A DNA stretch of 64,000 nucleotides, from contig JBDTZG010000004.1 in NCBI GenBank assembly GCA_040005235.1, positions 128,001 through 192,000 on the forward strand. The letters are read 5' to 3'. The translations under genes were made by a program, and so were the position numbers. Below, in pieces: positions 61,260-64,000 of the stretch. Each line of letters begins with the position of its first letter. Position 1 is the stretch's first letter. This stretch comes from Acidobacteriota bacterium. GTDB taxonomy: Bacteria > Acidobacteriota > Thermoanaerobaculia > Multivoradales > UBA5704. The notes under the pieces are model-generated. The model was not told the origin of the DNA, searched no databases, and saw only the letters and a program-made list of their open reading frames with translations.

Positions 61260-62291
61260 ATGCCGCCCTACAAACGTCGCGTCAGCCCTAAGTCGCCCCC
61301 CCGCGGAGCCGGCGGTACAAGGGGTGCTCGCAGTACTCGCGACATTCGCGACGGTCGCGCCTCGGGCGGCTCTCGCGGACCGGGAGGGCGCCGGGTCGCC
61401 GTAATCCTGCTCGGCCTTTTCGCCGCTCTGGCCGCCGTCTATCTTTCGTGCCAGACGCGGGGAGGAGAAGAGCGCGACAAACACGCGCAAGGCTCGCCGG
61501 GCAAACCGGTCGCGCCGCATCGGTCGTCCTCGTCGTCATCGTCTGGGACGCACCGGCCGGCGCATTCAGGTTCGACCGCGCAGGGAGGGGTCACCTCGGC
61601 GCCCGCCCCCGGAGGTGCGCGGATCGCGATCGTGATCGATGACCTCGGCCGGAGCGAGACCGAGGTCGAGGAGATCGAGGCGTTCGGCGTGCCGATCACC
61701 TACTCCGTGCTGCCTTACGAGGAGGAGACCGGCGCCGTGGTCGCCGAGCTGACCGCCCGCGGCGAGGAAATGCTCTGCCACCTGCCGATGGAACCCGAGG
61801 GAGCGGGCGATCCGGGTCCCGGCGCGCTCCTGGAGTCGATGTCCGAAGCGGAGCTGGTCGATGCGACCGACCGCGCGCTCGCGGCTGTGCCGGGGGCAGT
61901 GGGAGTGAATAACCACATGGGCTCCGGCCTCTCCTCCGATCCCCGGGCCATGCGGCCGGTGCTTCTGCGGCTAGCGAAGAAACATCTGTTCTTCCTCGAC
62001 TCCCGAACGAGCGCCAAGAGCGTCGGCTACCGGCTCGCGATCGAGCTGGGGGTGCCTTCGGCGGAGCGCCAGGTGTTTCTGGACGACGTCGAAGACCCGG
62101 CGGCGATCCGCGCCCAATTCGCCCGCCTGCTCGCCCTGGCGAAGAAAAAAGGCGCCGCGATCGCGATCGGTCACCCGCATCCGAACACCCTCGCCGTCCT
62201 GGCAGAGGAGATCCCGAAAGCGGTCGCCGAAGGCTTCGAGATCGTGCCGGTCAGCTACCTGCTCGACCGCGCGGGGGATTTGCCCGAGTAG
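61260..62291 (+). CDS. Divergent polysaccharide deacetylase (YibQ/DUF610)
   Basis: AIVIDDLG, HLPMEP, NNHMGS, FLDSRT, IAIGHP. Confidence 0.92.
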   Translation: MPPYKRRVSPKSPPRGAGGTRGARSTRDIRDGRASGGSRGPGGRRVAVILLGLFAALAAVYLSCQTRGGEERDKHAQGSPGKPVAPHRSSSSSSSGTHRPAHSGSTAQGGVTSAPAPGGARIAIVIDDLGRSETEVEEIEAFGVPITYSVLPYEEETGAVVAELTARGEEMLCHLPMEPEGAGDPGPGALLESMSEAELVDATDRALAAVPGAVGVNNHMGSGLSSDPRAMRPVLLRLAKKHLFFLDSRTSAKSVGYRLAIELGVPSAERQVFLDDVEDPAAIRAQFARLLALAKKKGAAIAIGHPHPNTLAVLAEEIPKAVAEGFEIVPVSYLLDRAGDLPE

Positions 62292-62351
62292 GGGTGGCGG
62301 CCGTGGCGGAAACAACCGCCCTTGGGAAACCACCGCCCGCAGGAAGCAGCG

Positions 62352-64000
62352 TCACTCCGTCCGCAGCACCTCGATCGGCCGGCGTTCGAGCGCGGGGACG
62401 CTGGCGGCGAGACCGGCGATCACCGAGAGGCCGATCGACAGAACGACCGCGAGCGCGAGGCGCGCGAAATCGGGTTCCCACGGCAGCTCGAAGCCTCGGG
62501 TGATCACCCCCCAGGAGAGCGCGGCGCCGGTGCCCGCTCCCAGGAGTCCCGCCACCCCGCCGAGAAGGGCGTATTCGACCGCGAACGCGGTCGCCACCTG
62601 GCGGCGGGTCATGCCGAGGGTTTTCAAGAGGGCCACTTCGCGCCCGCGGCGGACGGAACCGGCGGAGATCGCCCCGGCGAGGATCGCGATGCCGGAGAGC
62701 ACGGTAAAGCCGCCGAGGAAACGGACGCCGAGGCCGATTCGCTGGAGCACGCCGAGGATCTTGCCCAGGATCTCGCGGATGCGCAGGAACGTGACGTTCG
62801 GGTACGCCGCGGCGAGGAGGTCTTGGACGTGCTGCTCGCTGCCGGGGGCGAGATGGGCGGTTGCCACCCGCTGCTGCGGCGCCTGTTCGAGGATCCCGGG
62901 CTCGACCACCAGATAGAAGTTGATCCCGAACGTGCCCCAGTCGACCGTCCGCAGGCTGGTCACCACGAGCGTGAGCGGTACCCCTTGGATATCGAACCCG
63001 AGCTTGCTGCCCAAGCCGACGCCAAGATCCTCGGCGAACGACTTTTCCAAGGAAACCTCGCCGTGGGCGGGGTCGCTCCAGAGCTTGCCTGCGACGACCA
63101 CGTTGTCGGCGGGGAGTTTTTCCAGGTAGGTAAGGCGCTGCTCGCGAGTGAGCGCCCAGCGCCGACCGCGCTCTTCACGGTTTTCGTTCCCTTCTTTTTC
63201 CGGGTCCTGCCGTTCTTTCCGCTCGGCGGCGATCCGATCGATCGGCCGGCCGTCAATCGAGCTGATCCGGGCCATCACCACCGGAACCGAGTCGATCTTG
63301 TCGGCCCGGGCGCGGGTGAGCAGCGCGCGCACCCCCGGCCATTGCTCGGGCTGAATGTCGACCAGGAACGCGCTGGGCGCATTGCTCGGCAATTCGCGGG
63401 AGAGCTCGCCCGAGATTCGCCGCTCGACCAACGACATGGTGAGCACCGTGATCACGCCGAGGCCGAGGGCGACGATCGCGCCGACGGTGGCCGCGCCCGG
63501 CCTGGCGAGAGCGCCGAGACCATGGCGCAGCGCGATGCTCGAAAACCGCGGCAGGCGGCCGATCGACTTGGCGAGCAGCGTCGCCGCGACCGCGAGAATC
63601 GCGGTGGCGAGCGACAACGCCCCGACGAACTGCGCGGAGAGGAGGAGCGACTGGGTTTGGGCGAAGGTCAGGCCCAGCAGGCCCGCAGCGAGTGCCACGA
63701 ACGCAAAAGCCGACGTTGCGCGATGGACCGGCAACGGCTCGGCGTCGCGGCGCAATACCCGGGACGGAGGGACGCGCAGCAGCCCCGCGAGCGGCGGCAG
63801 GCTGAACAGCAGGGCGACGCCTACCCCGAGCCCGAGCCCGCGCAGGAGCGCACCGGGCTGCCAGGGCCGGATCAGCGCGGCGGGGATCAGATCGCCGAAC
63901 AGATGGGGGATTGCGGCCTGAATGGCGGCGCCGAGCAGGATGCCGATTGAGCTTCCGACCAAGCCGAGCAACGCGGTCTGGCCGAGATAGAGCGTGAGCA
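62352..64000 (-). CDS. ABC transporter permease (YbbP/FtsX-like), 5' end outside window
   Basis: PSAFLVDIQP, LRTVDWGTFGINF, REVALLKTLG. Confidence 0.9.
   Translation of the reverse strand, partial: LTLYLGQTALLGLVGSSIGILLGAAIQAAIPHLFGDLIPAALIRPWQPGALLRGLGLGVGVALLFSLPPLAGLLRVPPSRVLRRDAEPLPVHRATSAFAFVALAAGLLGLTFAQTQSLLLSAQFVGALSLATAILAVAATLLAKSIGRLPRFSSIALRHGLGALARPGAATVGAIVALGLGVITVLTMSLVERRISGELSRELPSNAPSAFLVDIQPEQWPGVRALLTRARADKIDSVPVVMARISSIDGRPIDRIAAERKERQDPEKEGNENREERGRRWALTREQRLTYLEKLPADNVVVAGKLWSDPAHGEVSLEKSFAEDLGVGLGSKLGFDIQGVPLTLVVTSLRTVDWGTFGINFYLVVEPGILEQAPQQRVATAHLAPGSEQHVQDLLAAAYPNVTFLRIREILGKILGVLQRIGLGVRFLGGFTVLSGIAILAGAISAGSVRRGREVALLKTLGMTRRQVATAFAVEYALLGGVAGLLGAGTGAALSWGVITRGFELPWEPDFARLALAVVLSIGLSVIAGLAASVPALERRPIEVLRTE

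Noticed and set aside
62322-63950. 542-aa plus-strand ORF
   Set aside because: Antisense shadow of the ABC permease

Overview
GC-rich bacterial chromosomal window. Gene content and style suggest Acidobacteriota, probably Thermoanaerobaculia-like (inference). The housekeeping backbone includes topA (5' end), dprA, polA, msrA, dacB, mpg, dcd, glpX, an acyl/glutaryl-CoA dehydrogenase, rsbW/rsbV-like genes, a polyprenyl synthase and envC-S41-yibQ. Accessory modules are interleaved: at least five toxin-antitoxin-type loci (one internally deleted, one duplicated antitoxin, one convergent HicA/HicB-like pair), an RNA ligase and a secreted tyrosinase-vWA giant protein. A roughly 5 kb island (41.6-46.8 kb) carries a coupled AAA/STAND ATPase and an 'APDFWS'-NB-ARC-TPR (NLR-like) gene, a 42-bp-period palindromic repeat array and two REP-like hairpin elements; this island is the best candidate for an uncharacterised system. 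Several enzymes appear catalytically degenerate, and many genes have -10 boxes 5-9 nt before the start codon (leaderless-type). No rRNA, tRNA, CRISPR-cas or transposase was recognised. All calls are from motif recognition only; no database searches were run.
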